Source: Paraspadella gotoi (Eukaryota; Animalia; Chaetognatha). From it: a stretch of DNA of 64,000 bases. The translations under genes and the position numbers were made by a program. The stretch lies in the NCBI GenBank assembly GCA_051294375.1, contig CM119267.1, positions 22,011,486 through 22,075,485 on the forward strand, written 5' to 3'. This document shows, piece after piece, positions 48,608-62,256 of this stretch (within the stretch, counting starts at the first letter, position 1; every line of letters starts with the position of its first letter). The notes under the pieces are model-generated. The model was not told the origin of the DNA. It saw only the letters and a list, made by a program, of their open reading frames with translations, and did no database searches.

Positions 48608-51600
48608 AAAGCAGTGTGATGTGATTTTTTTTCGTGGTTATTCATTTGTTTAAAATCACAAATTCACATCGCATCCAAATATTAAATCCTTTTAGTTCCG
48701 GCGACATTTCACTTGACTTTGATGGATTTCGCGATAGACACCGCAGGTGCGAACTTGTTGAAGATTTTGTAGTTGATATTGTTTTGGGGCGACTTACCAT
48801 AGGCCTTACCCATTGTTACTCTCCCTCCTCTAGCTTTTTTCCCTCAAATTGTTTTCCATTTTGTCAAGGTTGCGATCAAGTAACGTATCACGCGGCAAAC
48901 GTCGGCCAACAAGAAGCCAGTGTCGAACTCTGGTTGATCAATCAAAACGATACCAGGTGACTAAAAAAATTGTTTTCTTGTTAACGATATATATTCAATT
49001 AACAACTTACTCAATCTTTTCTATTTCACCCTCAGATCCCCAATCCGCGTTCTCCCCCCTTCCCCGGTTCTCTGTCCCCATCTACCCCTTGCCCTCCGCC
49101 TTTCTCGACTGCAGCAAGGGGCCGGAGAAGTCGACGGCCTTACGCTCGATCCGGGCAGCGGAGTTTCTGCGGAGATCCGCTTGAGGCGCGCGGGTGCTAG
49201 GGTCGAGGGCATCAAAAAGACAAATGCGCAATGGGGGAAGAGGTTAAAGAAAGAGTACGAGGAGGAAGTGCAAGGAGACGAGATTAGGGGTGAGAGATTA
49301 TGAAAAACCAATTTTTAAAAAAAATTACAGTAGAAATACGTATATAAAATATATATTTATAAAGTTATAAACATACATGCATGCATACATACATGCATTC
49401 CCTTTGTTCAATTTCGCCGCATAGTTTTTAAATTGATTACATGAAATTGGCACAACCAATAAAAAGATTATTCATTTATTTAAATAATAAGCTATCTTGC
49501 CCCTGACATTGGACTTGCAATGTTGGGTTTTTGGCCTCTTACATTTTACAAGATGATAGTATAGCAGGACTTTGCAAACATTAAATCGAGACTCTCACAC
49601 AGTCGAGTTTATTTACTCCAATTCTGGCTAAACTTAATTCTACCTTGTAATATGTTTTAAAATTCAACTTCCCCCGCCAAACCGTCCCAAGGCGCCTGGC
49701 CCCTCTCCGCCCACAGCCCCGGTTTCATTGTCCGCGTACTTGGCATCGACGCTCCCTCCAAACCGATCAACGGTCAGGAGATGTCACTCGGAGTCTCCAA
49801 CTCGCCCGTCGACGCCGAAATCTTTGGCGAAGGCGGCGCCGTTCGCGAAACGCTGGACAAGCTCGTCGTCTCGCTGGAGGAAGTGTATCCGGAAGCGTTG
49901 AAAGCCGGCGACGAGATCGAGTTTCGACTGCTCGGAGGCGGCGTAGGCGGCGTAGGCGGCGGCGGAGACAGGAACAATGACGACGTGGAATACGACGAAA
50001 CCCTTTATTACTTAGCTGAGGTGAATCCGACTTTTTGTATTGAGATAATTAGCGAGGGAGAAATTAAAATTAATCATGCGATCTAAACATCATGATGATA
50101 AAATATTAACTTCATTATACATTTTTTTATTAATTTTTATTGTTTTAATTAATTTTTATTGTTTTGATTAATTATTAATTTTTAATTTTTGATTTTTACG
50201 TTCGGAGCTGTTGGCTTACTTGTCTCCATTCCCTGAATTAAAACCAATTAATTAAAATAACGATTTCACTTTTATAATTTTTTTGCTAATCGTTAACCTG
50301 GGGAGACGTGACTAATTCGTCGATTGTCATCAACCTTTAAGGTCTCCGTCAACCGCGATATCGTAGAGACGCGGCGCGCCCTCAAGTCGGTCGTCGACGC
50401 CGCGGCGCCTCTCGGTCTCTTCCCCTGGATCGACGCCCCGCGCGATTTGACGCTGAGGATGTCGCGGTTGCGCCTCGACTCCGCCCAACGCCTCGTCGAC
50501 ATCGAGGAGGCCTTCGAGCTCGACGCCGAGATCGAGGGGGAGGTAAGGGGAATGGTGAATGTTGATTCGGGACGTTGGGGAGTGTATAATATAGATGTAT
50601 AATTTGTATATATGTATAGATGTATATATGTATAGATGTATATATAGATTTAATATTTAATACATTTATTTTCAAGATTTTGTTCGTTCAAGAATGATAT
50701 CCGATCGATTCTTAGCTTATGATCTTCACTCTCATTTTCATATCGCAGCACTAGGCAACTTGTACCTTTAATTTAAAAAATACTGAGAACAGTCTTTTTT
50801 ATGGGAAGCATTTTCAAACAAACAATACAAGGCTAGAGAAAACCCAACCCGAGAAAAGACGTCAACAATTTAGACTTGTATTCTCACACAACTCCAGACA
50901 ATGATAACGTCACGTTACCTAGGCTAAAATGTAATGATAAAACGTCACATAATGAATTCACACCATTTGCGCAACAGCCGATTCTCAGGCTCCTAATGCG
51001 GGCCTTTTAAATTCTGACGATCAATAACTAATCTTCACAATTCACAAAGAAATAACTTTCTTAAACCTTACCCCATCAAACCCCGCAGGAGGACGGGCGG
51101 ATTACGGGCATCGACGAGATTGTCGGCGTCTTCGATCCCTCGCCCTCGATCCAAGTGGAGATGTCGCTCGTCGTCGACGGCGTCGAGACGGACCTCGTGG
51201 GTGTGCCCGATGCTGAGTACAAACTCCTCGTCGTGAAGACAGATGCGAAGGTCGCAAAGGGGGGTGTGAAGGAAGGGAAAAGATGACCAATTGACCACAA
51301 TGACCAGTCAATCAATTTAACATATCAATTTATCAAATGGATCGATCTTCAGATCGAAGACTTCATCTCAGCCGATGGGGCCGTCGTTCCATCCCCGCCT
51401 CCCAAGGAAGACGCCGTCAAACTCCGCCTTTCGAAACCCATCGTCAACAGTTTCCACTTTCCGAGATTCGAGGCTGTCGACGACGAAAACGACGACGAAG
51501 ATAAAAACGAAGACGACGACGTCAAAAACGACGCCCACATCCAGAGTGACATCTTCAGCGTCCCTCGAGTCCTCTCCCCACGACATCCCCGCGGCTGCAT

Positions 51601-54600
51601 CGTCGCCCCGCTCTCCACTGAGACCCTCCGCCGATGCCTGTGGGAACTCCAGAACGAGACTCTCGAGGACGCGAAGCTATTGAATCATTCGCGACCGAAG
51701 AGAATTCCTCTTCCCTTTTCGATCCTCGTACCGGATTCCATCGGTCGACCGCCGACGTTGTCGAAGGTTTGATTTGGAAAAAGTTTCTAAAAAAGAGTTA
51801 AATACAAAAGCTCTTTTATATAAATTACTTACAGCTTAACTCCATAATTATCCCACATGTTCTCCCCCTTTTATTTGTCCTTATTAAGTTATTACTAATA
51901 ACAAATTTTTGTTGTATAAATTTATTTTTTTAATAAATTTTATCCGAAATTTGGAATGAAGTTATCTTTTAAGCTCTTAAGGGGACTAGGTTAGGAATTA
52001 TGGTAATAAATATGAAAAAAAATTAAGGTTAAATTAAGTTTACGGATTAAAGAACATAATTAAAACGCTTTCGGAAATTAATGCCCGACCATCGAGCAAT
52101 AAATAAATTACATTTTTCCCTCCACCAAATCAGGCGTTCACATTATCGTCCTTGCAATGGCATCTTCTCTGTCGTTTCCACATAGAGGACGCCGACGAAG
52201 ACGACGCCGCCATTTCCCGCTTGTCCAGCTTCCACCTGGCGGCCGAACCGCCCGTCGAACGACCCGATCTCGTCGACAAGAGCGTCTTTCTCGACGGGAA
52301 GCTCCGGACGATCTTCGTGTCGATGTGGAAGGCGATGGTGACGCTGCCGTCGGGAGGAGGAGGAGGAGGAGGAGGAGGAGGAGAAGAAGAAGAAGAAAAG
52401 GGAGGAAAAGAGAAAACTGAAGATGGTAAATGAAATTGATTGGAAAAGACTATATTCCATTTTTGAATATAAAACAATAGTAGTTAAAATGTTTCCATTT
52501 TATTTTTAAAATCTTAATTTATTTTGCTTAGTAAAATCATACCTACAATATGCAAACGAGATTCCAAATGAGATTCCTTTTTTAAAAATAAATAATATAT
52601 TGAGGCGTTTTCTACAAAATATCTTTTACTATCAATTAAATTTTATTAAACTTATTTTATGAAATATTAACAATAGGAAACGGGGATGACTCCTCTTCCT
52701 CCTCTTCCTCCATTTCCGTCTACACAAAAGAACAATTGGTCACCGACGCCTTGGAAATTTACGCCATCTGCCTCACGCTGGCGGACGTCGGTCGCGAGAG
52801 CGTGGAGGGCGTCTCGGAAGAAATCCCCTTCTTCCTCTGTCATGCCCACGAGTTGTTGAAGAGACGGTGAGGTGGTTAGATGGACGGATGTATCAATGGA
52901 TGGATGGATGAATGGAGTTATTGAACTATTTATGAATAAATGGATGAAGTTATAGAAGAGTTAATGAATGGGTTGATGAATGAAGGAAACGATTGAACAA
53001 TTGATGAATGGATGTATGTTAAATATTTTAGTTCTAAAAAATGAATGAATGAAATTTTGAAGTTGTCGTAAGCCTTCACCAATTTAAATAAACTAATATC
53101 AACATAACATTAAATAAAAACAAATCCTTCTCCCCATCTTCACCCAATCCAGACCCTCCGAAGGTGACGTGGACTTCTCCACTTTATCTCCTTACCAACG
53201 CAGCATCTTCGATCTCAACCTCTCGCCGGCGATGACCAAATCTCTGCCCGCCTCCGACTCCCAGGATCAACGGACCGAGTCTCTGGAAGCGGCCAAGCGG
53301 GAAGCGGCCGAGCGGGGCGACTCCAAACGGGTCGAGTTGCTCAAGAAAGATCTCCTCCGGGAGCACGTTGCGGCGGCGGAGCGGGCCTTCTTCCACGCCT
53401 TCCCCAATTTGCTTCGGATTCGCCTGGAGTTGGGCGCGGGCGGCGGCGAGGTGCCGCCCTTGAAGGCCCAGTTCTGCCCCATTCTCCGATCCTTCGCGGT
53501 TGCAGGGACCAATGAGGCGAACGACTTGGCAGAGTTTGACCTCAAGTTTTGGTACAACTCGTTCAATCCCGCGGAGACGGGGAAACTCAGCAAGATCCGC
53601 CGATTCGGCGTGACCAATCTGCCTCTGCAAAACGCCGACAACGACCACCTCACCAGCTGCATCGGGCTGACAAAGTTGGACCTTTCCAACTGCAAACTTT
53701 CCTTGCTGCCAGAAAGTCTCGGAAACTTGATAAAATTGGAATGGCTCGACGTCTCGGAGAATCCTCTGATGAAGCTTCCGGACAACTTGTCGAAATTGAG
53801 TCGGCTGAAGACGTTGAAGATCTCGGGTCTGCCGCAGATCGTGATGACGGGATCCTGTACCAAAGAGGCCTTCATGAAGTTTGTCCGCTCCTTCGCGATG
53901 ACCAAAGGGGTCTCGGTGGAATCGGCCGTGGAACTCTTCGAAGAGACCGACCTGGACAAGAACGGCGTCCTCAGTTTCTCTGAGATTGCCAAACTCAACG
54001 CTAAGATGTTCTTCGCCTTCCAAAGACTCGGTCTCGACAAGCGACCCGCCGACGCCCTCGGGGGTTTTCCTGCGCAAATTTTCTCGCTGACTAACCTGGA
54101 ACACCTCGACCTCTCCTTCCAAGGGATGTTCCGCGTTCCCCCAGAGATCTCTCGCCTGGTCAACCTCAAGAAGCTTGTACTAAAGCACTGCTCTCGCCTT
54201 CAAGAAGTCTCGCCAGAAGCTGGGGCCTTGACTAAGCTCGAGCAACTAGACCTGCGTCATTGTCCCAACCTGAAGACTCCTCCCCAAGAGGTCGTGTCCA
54301 AAGGCTTTAAATCCGTCTACGCCTACCTCAAACGACTCCAGGGATCCTTCGTGACCTGCCGTCGCACTAAACTCATGCTCGTCGGGACGGGCGGCGCGGG
54401 CAAGACGTCGTTGCTTCGGGCGTTGATGAGTCCGACTCGATCGACGGCGGGCACCGACAGAGAGAACATCACCGACGGGATCGACATTCATCGATGGGAG
54501 ATCGAAGCCAAAGACGGATCAAAGATTCAGTACAGCGCTTGGGACTTTGCAGGCCAAACTGTCTATTACAACACCCACCAATACTTTCTGACCAAGCGAG

Positions 54601-57600
54601 CCGTCTATTTGCTGCTGTGGACGACGCGGATCGGGTTCGAGCACGCCGGGCTGGACTTTTGGCTCAGCTCGATCGCCTGCCACGCCCCCAAGACGCCTGT
54701 GTTCGTCGTGGGCACTCATTGCGACAAGGTCAGCAAGACGGACTTGCCTCGGCAGGATCTCAAGACACGATATCCTCAGATCGTCGGATTCCATTTCGTC
54801 TCCAGCATCACTGGACTCGGGATCCAGCGGCTCCTCGACTCGATCACCGCTGAGACCCTCAAGCAGAAGTACATGGGAGAACAGATCCCGCGGGTGTATC
54901 TGGATTTGGAGGAAAGGCTCGTCAAGTCGCGTCTGAAGAGGAAGACCGTGGACTGGGAGACGGTCAAGGCGTTGGGTAACGAGGTAATGAGGACTTTAGG
55001 AGTGAAAGCCGTAAGTGGAATTTGTGTGTATTTACTTTTAAATTGAATTTTTATGAGCATTATGTTCAGTGGCAAAATGATATCCCTCGAGCCGGATTCG
55101 AACCAGCGACCTAAGGATATCTGCTGCGTTCCTACTACAGTCCTCCGCTCTACCAACTGAGCTATCAAGGGATTGCTATGAAAGGCGAAATTGGAAATTC
55201 CAATTCAATTCTAACCTATCTTATTATTATAATAATTAAAGTTAAAAATTTCTCATTTTTAAATAAGCGAATGAAAAAACTTTAAAATATGTAAGTTGTC
55301 GTCGCTGTCATCGTCGTCGTCGTAGTGGTCGTCCCCATTCTCCTCGAAAAGAGAAACGAAGATCTCGTCACACTGCCGCCAGCTGAAAATTTTTTCCTAT
55401 ACTTGCTATAGCGGACAGAACAAATGCAGCTTCCCATGTGGTCTAGTGGTTAGGATTCGGCGCTTTCACCGCCGCGGCCGGGGTTCGATTCCCCGCATGG
55501 GAGAATTTTTTTCATCCGAAAATAAATATTTTACATTTTACTATATATGTAATGATTATTTTCTAAAAAATTTCGACAGAAAATTTTATTTGTAATCCTC
55601 AACGAAAATAGTAAATTTATAGATTGTCAGGAATGGGATTCGAACCCACGCTCACATATGTGAACTGCGACCTGAACGCAGCGCCTTAGACCGCTCGGCC
55701 ATCCTGACACGGCTGTCAAGAAACAATGGATAATGGGATGATTTGAACTAGAGTTCCGGATAACGTGTAATTTTTTAGGAAATTCGCTTAACCGTTAAAA
55801 CTAACATTTTTTAACGGTTAACGTTAAGATCGTTAATTTTATAATTCAACTTTAAATTTAAAATATTAAGATTTAAAACAAATAAAGTATTTAATGGTAT
55901 TTTCTCTTTAACTCTGACTCTTGAATGCGCTGATAAAGACTTGAAACAGAGTCGAAACATGTCTATTTTTTATGTCAAATAAAATTGTTGTTGTAACAAA
56001 ACAAATATTTTTGCTAATCTCATAACACAACGAAACGAAAGGATACCATCAAATTCTAATTCTATATTTTGTTTTCTCTTTCTCTCTTTTGCTTTCTCTT
56101 TTTCTTCTCTACTTCTTCTATTCCCCATATTTTTTTTAGTTGTTAGTTTCTTAAACGCTTGTTTTCTGTTGTTAATCTTTCATAAACTATGACCAATGGT
56201 CATTGACCATAAATATAAATATGATTTTAATTTATTGATAGACTGGTTGATTTATCGATTGATCAAAATATTTATTGATTAATAAATATATTTTTTAGTT
56301 TAGTTAAAAAGTATATCATCATTATTCTTTTTTATATATCTTTTTTAAGATTCGTTCCTTCTATTTTTAATTTTTAAATTTTTTAAAATAATTTTTTTAT
56401 TTTGTTTTTATTCATTTTTTTCATTCATTCGGTTTTATTTCATTTGCTTCTTTGTTAATTTTAAAGAGGGAAAGAAAAAGAGAGAAAAAGTAAAATAAGA
56501 GGGATTATTTATTTTTAGCTAAATTGAATACATATTATTGCATGAAAGGGCAAAAAAAGGAAAAAGGTAAAAGCAAAGGGCGAAAAAAGGAGAAAAAGAA
56601 AGGAGAAAGAAAAAGGGGAAAAGTGAGAATGAAAAAGAAAGGAACAGGAGGAGATAAATAAAGGGGAAGAATGAATGTGGCGAATTCACGGAATCGCCAA
56701 CTTCCTTCAGACGGCGTTAAAGGCGTGAAGAATTCTTCGCGGCGTCGCGGGCTGCAACAGTTCGTCAGAACCACTTGGTTCTATAAAAATGTTCTAGAAC
56801 AAAGTTCTTGATTTGTTCACGGTTAAAATTGGTACCTTAATAAAATAATCAAAGCATATAGAATATTCTATATGCGTTAAAAAGCAATGGCAATAACAAG
56901 CAATAATATTAATCAATAAATATCAATAATAACAATTATTAAACGTTAACAAGGAAATAAATATTAACATTATGGAGATGTTGATCCACTTGGTAAAGAA
57001 GATTCTTTGTGAGTGAATAAAGAATAACATTGGTAAGGTTCTAAAAGAGGAACCATAAAACTTATGCTAGTGTACTCTAGCATCAATATAGTAAACATAA
57101 TGTTCTTTTGTTTTAACATGATTAAGTTTATATTTAGGGTAAGAATGGAATATCTATTTGATAAGTACCGAAGTGGTGAAAACCATAATGCATAGTTGCT
57201 GATTGAAAGGTCCCGGGATCGAATCGGGAAATCATTATTTTGCTTATTGATTTAAAGTGTTTATAATTATATATAAAACTTTGAAGACGAGTTTGTTTAT
57301 AATTGAAAATAGGCCTTCACTCTTGCTGAGCTGCTTTGGAAGGCGAAGAAGACGGGATCGAATCCCACATGAATAAGAGAGAGATGAGGATAGAAAAAAA
57401 AGGAGAAAATAACAAAGGAAAAAAGCAGGGAAAAATTGGAGAAGAGAGAGAGGGGTAAAAATATGGTGAGAAGGAGAGAGGAGAATAAGAGAGAACAGAA
57501 AAAAATAGTTTTTTTTTTTTAAATTTAAAGATTTCATACCAAAAAATGAAAAAAATCACATTTGAAAATTAACCGAATTTAACCGTTAAAATGAATATAT

Positions 57601-60518
57601 TAACGGTTAAGTTAAAATTATTTTTAACCGTTAATAACCGTTAACAGTTAACGGTTATCGGAACACTAATTTGAACCCAATTGAAATAGGAGATGAAAAT
57701 TTAAAAAATTTAAATGTTAATGTCTTAATCTTAAATCTCAGATCTTAAATCCAGGTGGGCGTGTCCGAGGAGAAGGACCTCAAAGACGCCGTCTCCTTCC
57801 TTCACGATCTCGGCTCCGTCCAATACTTCGACACTGAGTTCCTGCGCAACGTCCTCGTCGCCGACCCGCAGTGGATCGTCGACGTCATGGCCTGCGTCGT
57901 CTCGGTCAAGGATTCGCCCGTCCGCGAAGGGCGACTTCGTCACGAGGACATCCGAGTCGTCTGGAAGGACTTTCCCTCGGAGCTGCACGAGTGGCTCCTG
58001 CGGCTGACGGAAGAGTTCGACCTTACTTTTAGGTGAGAAGGATGTTAGGAAAGGCACTTTCGACGGCCGCACCCTAATCGTCGTGTGACCCTTATGCTTT
58101 GTCTCAGAATCCGAAGAGGTCCCGAGTTCTAACCTCAGTAAGGAAGTTCTTTGAAAAGAGAAATTCGCTATATTCACTGCAGATTTGTAAATAGACCGAT
58201 CAGAAACTATAGTTTTTAATCTCTTTTGGATCTGTGTGTCTATTGGTGGACCATACTATGTTAAATATATATATGTAGGAGACAATATCGCGGACAATCT
58301 GCATACCGCATAGCCGACAACATTTACCCTCCAACATATAGTATTATTAGTAAATAGAATTTATTAGGGAAAAAGATTTATACTATCCATTGAGAAACAA
58401 ACAAAAGCGCATCTTCAAAGAGGAGGAAAAAGAGAAAGAAGAAAATTTTTTTTAAAACAAAATCTCCCAAAAATTATTCATTATTAACTAATTAATAATA
58501 ATAAAAATCAGAGCCGTGACTTAAGACTCAGTCGGAGACTGGATCTCGTTTAATATTTACATACATCCTTTATATTTCGTACCCCGCCCCCCTCCAACCC
58601 CCCAATTAAGAGATCCCGAGCGGGCATTGAGTGTGATTCCCTGCATGCTGCCCGAACGGCCGCCCGACAATCTGGATGAAGAGTGGAGGAAAAACCTTGA
58701 GTCGGGCGTCGCTTCCGGCGTCGAGGGAAGGATCGCCTACGAATTCTCTTATCTCCCCGCGGGACTTTTTAATCGGACGCAGGTTATTGATCCTAAGAGG
58801 AATTCGGTTATGAGGGTAATTAAACAAAATTTGCTTGACCCGTCGTGCGAATTGCGAGTATTTTTGTGAAAACAAATGAATGAATTAAATAGATGAATAA
58901 ATAAATAAACCAGGTTGATCCCAGCTGGTTAAATAACAGAAGGAGCAGAGATATTGAAAAAGAGAGAGCGCGATCCTGGTTATGTGCCTCCTTCAAAGAC
59001 TCCGAACTTACCGATGTGACATTCATAGTGATTAATATTCATTGTGTATTTATAATTGATTCATTACTTGTTCCCTTTCCGTTAAGAGAGCATCGTGTCT
59101 CGGGTCTCGTGCTTCCCAGGCCCGGCCGGCGCCCGCCGGCATCGCCAACAACAATCCACCTCTAAATAAATCAATCAATCAATCAATCAATCCGTAAATG
59201 AATCAGGGAACGAATGAAACGATTTCCCCTCCCACTTTCACGCAAAGGTCCGTCTCTTCCAACTCAGCAGCAACTCCATGATCTGGAAGTCGGGATCTCT
59301 CCTTCACAAGAACGGACATCGCGCCCTTATGCGGCAGACCTCCTCTCGCCATCTCTCCGTCAAAGTCTTGGGTCCGCAGCCGGAAAACCTCATCCTCATT
59401 GTTCACGAGGTGATTGATTTTTGTGGTTGTGTCTTTGTCAAGCTGAATTTTTCGCGGCCTCCAGAATAAAAAACAAACAAGCGTTTATGACTTTGTGACT
59501 TTGTGACTTTTTCACTACCTGGCGAACTAATTTTAGATTCTCGCGCATTAAAATACTTGAAGTCAATGAATAAATAATAATATGTAACACGCATCACGTA
59601 ATTCGTAAATAAAATCTTGCTTTGATATCGTTGAGTAAAAATCCACTTCGGTAATTTTGAGTTTTTTTTTTTTTTTTTTTTTTTTGACAAAATATTTTTG
59701 CATAACATTTAACATTTAACAAAATAAGGGAATTTTGTCCCTTTAAAAGGATGGTAGTTTGGCGTCAGTCACTTGATAACTTCACCGAAGTTTTCTAAGT
59801 CGTCATGTTTTACTTTTTGTCTTCAAATTTGAAGACACAAAATCTCTGGATCTCATTTTCTCCCACCTTCAGGTCGTTGAAGGACTCGTGGAGGAATCCT
59901 TCTCGGGAATCCGGTACGAGTACAGCCTTCCATGTCCCGAGTGTCGGCGGACGGGGACTTACGATCCGGACATGATCAATTCCGCCCTCGTGCAAAAGGT
60001 GATGATGATGATGACGATGATGATAATGATGATGTAAATATCTTGACAGACGGCAGACTTAATTATTATTTTGGTGATATTAATTATAGTGATGAAACTG
60101 ATGATGATGTCGAAAACGGGGTTGATGCTTGCTTGCATGACAAAGTTTTTTTATCATTTAAATTTACAACGCTACTCTATCCATTTTACATTTTCTACTA
60201 ACGCCCATTCATTCTTATCCCAACAGGCTGTCGACTTTCGCGCCCCCTTCATTCAATGCCGCAAATACTTTCACACTCTGTCCATGGCGGAGATCAAAGG
60301 AGCGATGCCGACTTCGTCTGGATCGGAGTTCGACGCCCAGTTGGAGCGAACCGTCGACGAGTTGCAAGATCGGCACAAGGTCAGTTCGTCTTGAACTGGG
60401 GAGAGTTTTCGTGAAAGCGTCGAATATGAATGGGGCAGTTGGTAAAAAGTTTTTGTTTGTCTCGAATAGTGACATAATTTATTGCAAAATTCCTACGCCT
60501 ACCGACCCTACAGTTTAG

Positions 60519-60580
<62 letters not shown>

Positions 60581-62204
60581 TTCTGTCTCCCCCCTACCTC
60601 TCATAACAGAACCTCCAATACGACGTATACATCTCCCTCTGCACGGCGGACGGAAAGGATCGTCCGGAGGGGTCGCTGGATCCGGTGAGGTTGAGAGACG
60701 ACGTCGTCGCCGCAGGATTCACAGTTTACTTACCCGAGGAGAGCGACGCCGACGACGTTGAGAAAGAGATGATCATGATAAAGAATTGCAAGGTAAGGGC
60801 GAATTTAAGTAGAGTACCAAAATTTCATTTGCATATTGGGGTAAGCATATTAGATTGTTTTTAATTAATAACTTGACAAGGGTGAGGTCTCTCTTCCTAC
60901 ATTTCTTAAACTAACTTTAAAACTGATTTTTCCAGGTTCATTTTTCGTCTAACAGTTTTTACGCGTCGGGCCTAATGAAATGCATATAGTTAATAATATT
61001 TAGAAATCAGAAATGTATGTAGTGAGGCGGTGAAAAAGTGATAATTTTTTTTTCGCGCGTACTTGGCGGCGATATATGCCCCGAACGTACATAGCCAAAG
61101 GTTAACTATTATCTGCAGCTAAAAAACTTTAGTATCTTTATCTTTAGTATCTATCACAGTATCTTCTTTTGTAGCTTAATGTCATTGTACATACTATTTA
61201 TCATTTTATCTATTTACTTATCTATCTACCTATCGATCTAAATATCTATCTATTCTAATTTATCTATTATGGCAACAGCCGGGTTGCCTGTGATGCCCAT
61301 TGGGATGGGGCATCTCACTGTTGGCTTTGGGGGCTTCCGACCCTCAGTGACGCATCCAGTCACTGGCGCAGTTACCCTAGGACGGTCTCGCTTTGCCAAC
61401 GCAGAGGGAAGTCGTGAGGACTGTAGATGGAACACAACGCCTGGGGTGGTGTGTTCCCAATGGTATTGGTTAAACGACGGTGGACGTGAGGCGGTGTGAA
61501 TATACCGCCACACTATATCAATTTATCCATTTAACTATTCATCAATCTATCTATAAATCATTTTATCTATCTATATATCAATCAACCTATCTATCCCTCA
61601 GGTCTTCCTATTCCTCGCCTCCGACTCTTACGCCGCCGAGGATCGATGCCTCAAACTCTTCACTTTCGCCAAGAAGTTTCTCTCGAAGCCGCTGATGGTC
61701 GTGTTGGCGGCAAAGCGAGACCTCCTAGGATAACCGCGCCAGTGACTGGAACGTCATTGAGGGTCGGAAGCCCCAAAGCTAACAATGAGATGCCCCATCC
61801 CAACGGGCATCACAGGCAACCCGGCTGTTGCCATACACTAATCTTAATCTTTTTTCACATCCTTAACCTAATCACTAAACCAAATCCTTATAATTAATCC
61901 TAATAAGTAACCTAATTCTTTAACTAGGTATAAAGTTAGAACGCAAATAGGGTGCTTTTGAAAAATATCGCCCAAAAAAACCTTTGCGACGGCGTCGGCG
62001 CTGTTGTACCAACAATAACTGACGAAGCACTTGGGCGCGACCTCCGCCGCTCCACCTGACCCTTCCGCTCCTTTAGTCTTCAGCGTCAGCTGCTCCTTTA
62101 AATCGATCAATTTTTCGTCGTAGAGATTTTCGTTTCTATGAAATAATAAATTTTATAATAAATAATTTTCAGATTAAGAAGATTTTAATCATCACCAACT
62201 CTCT

Positions 62205-62256
<52 letters not shown>

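Noticed and set aside
53184-54169. Long antisense ORFs overlapping the Roco LRR exon
   Set aside because: Shadow ORFs expected from GC-rich codon usage; no motifs
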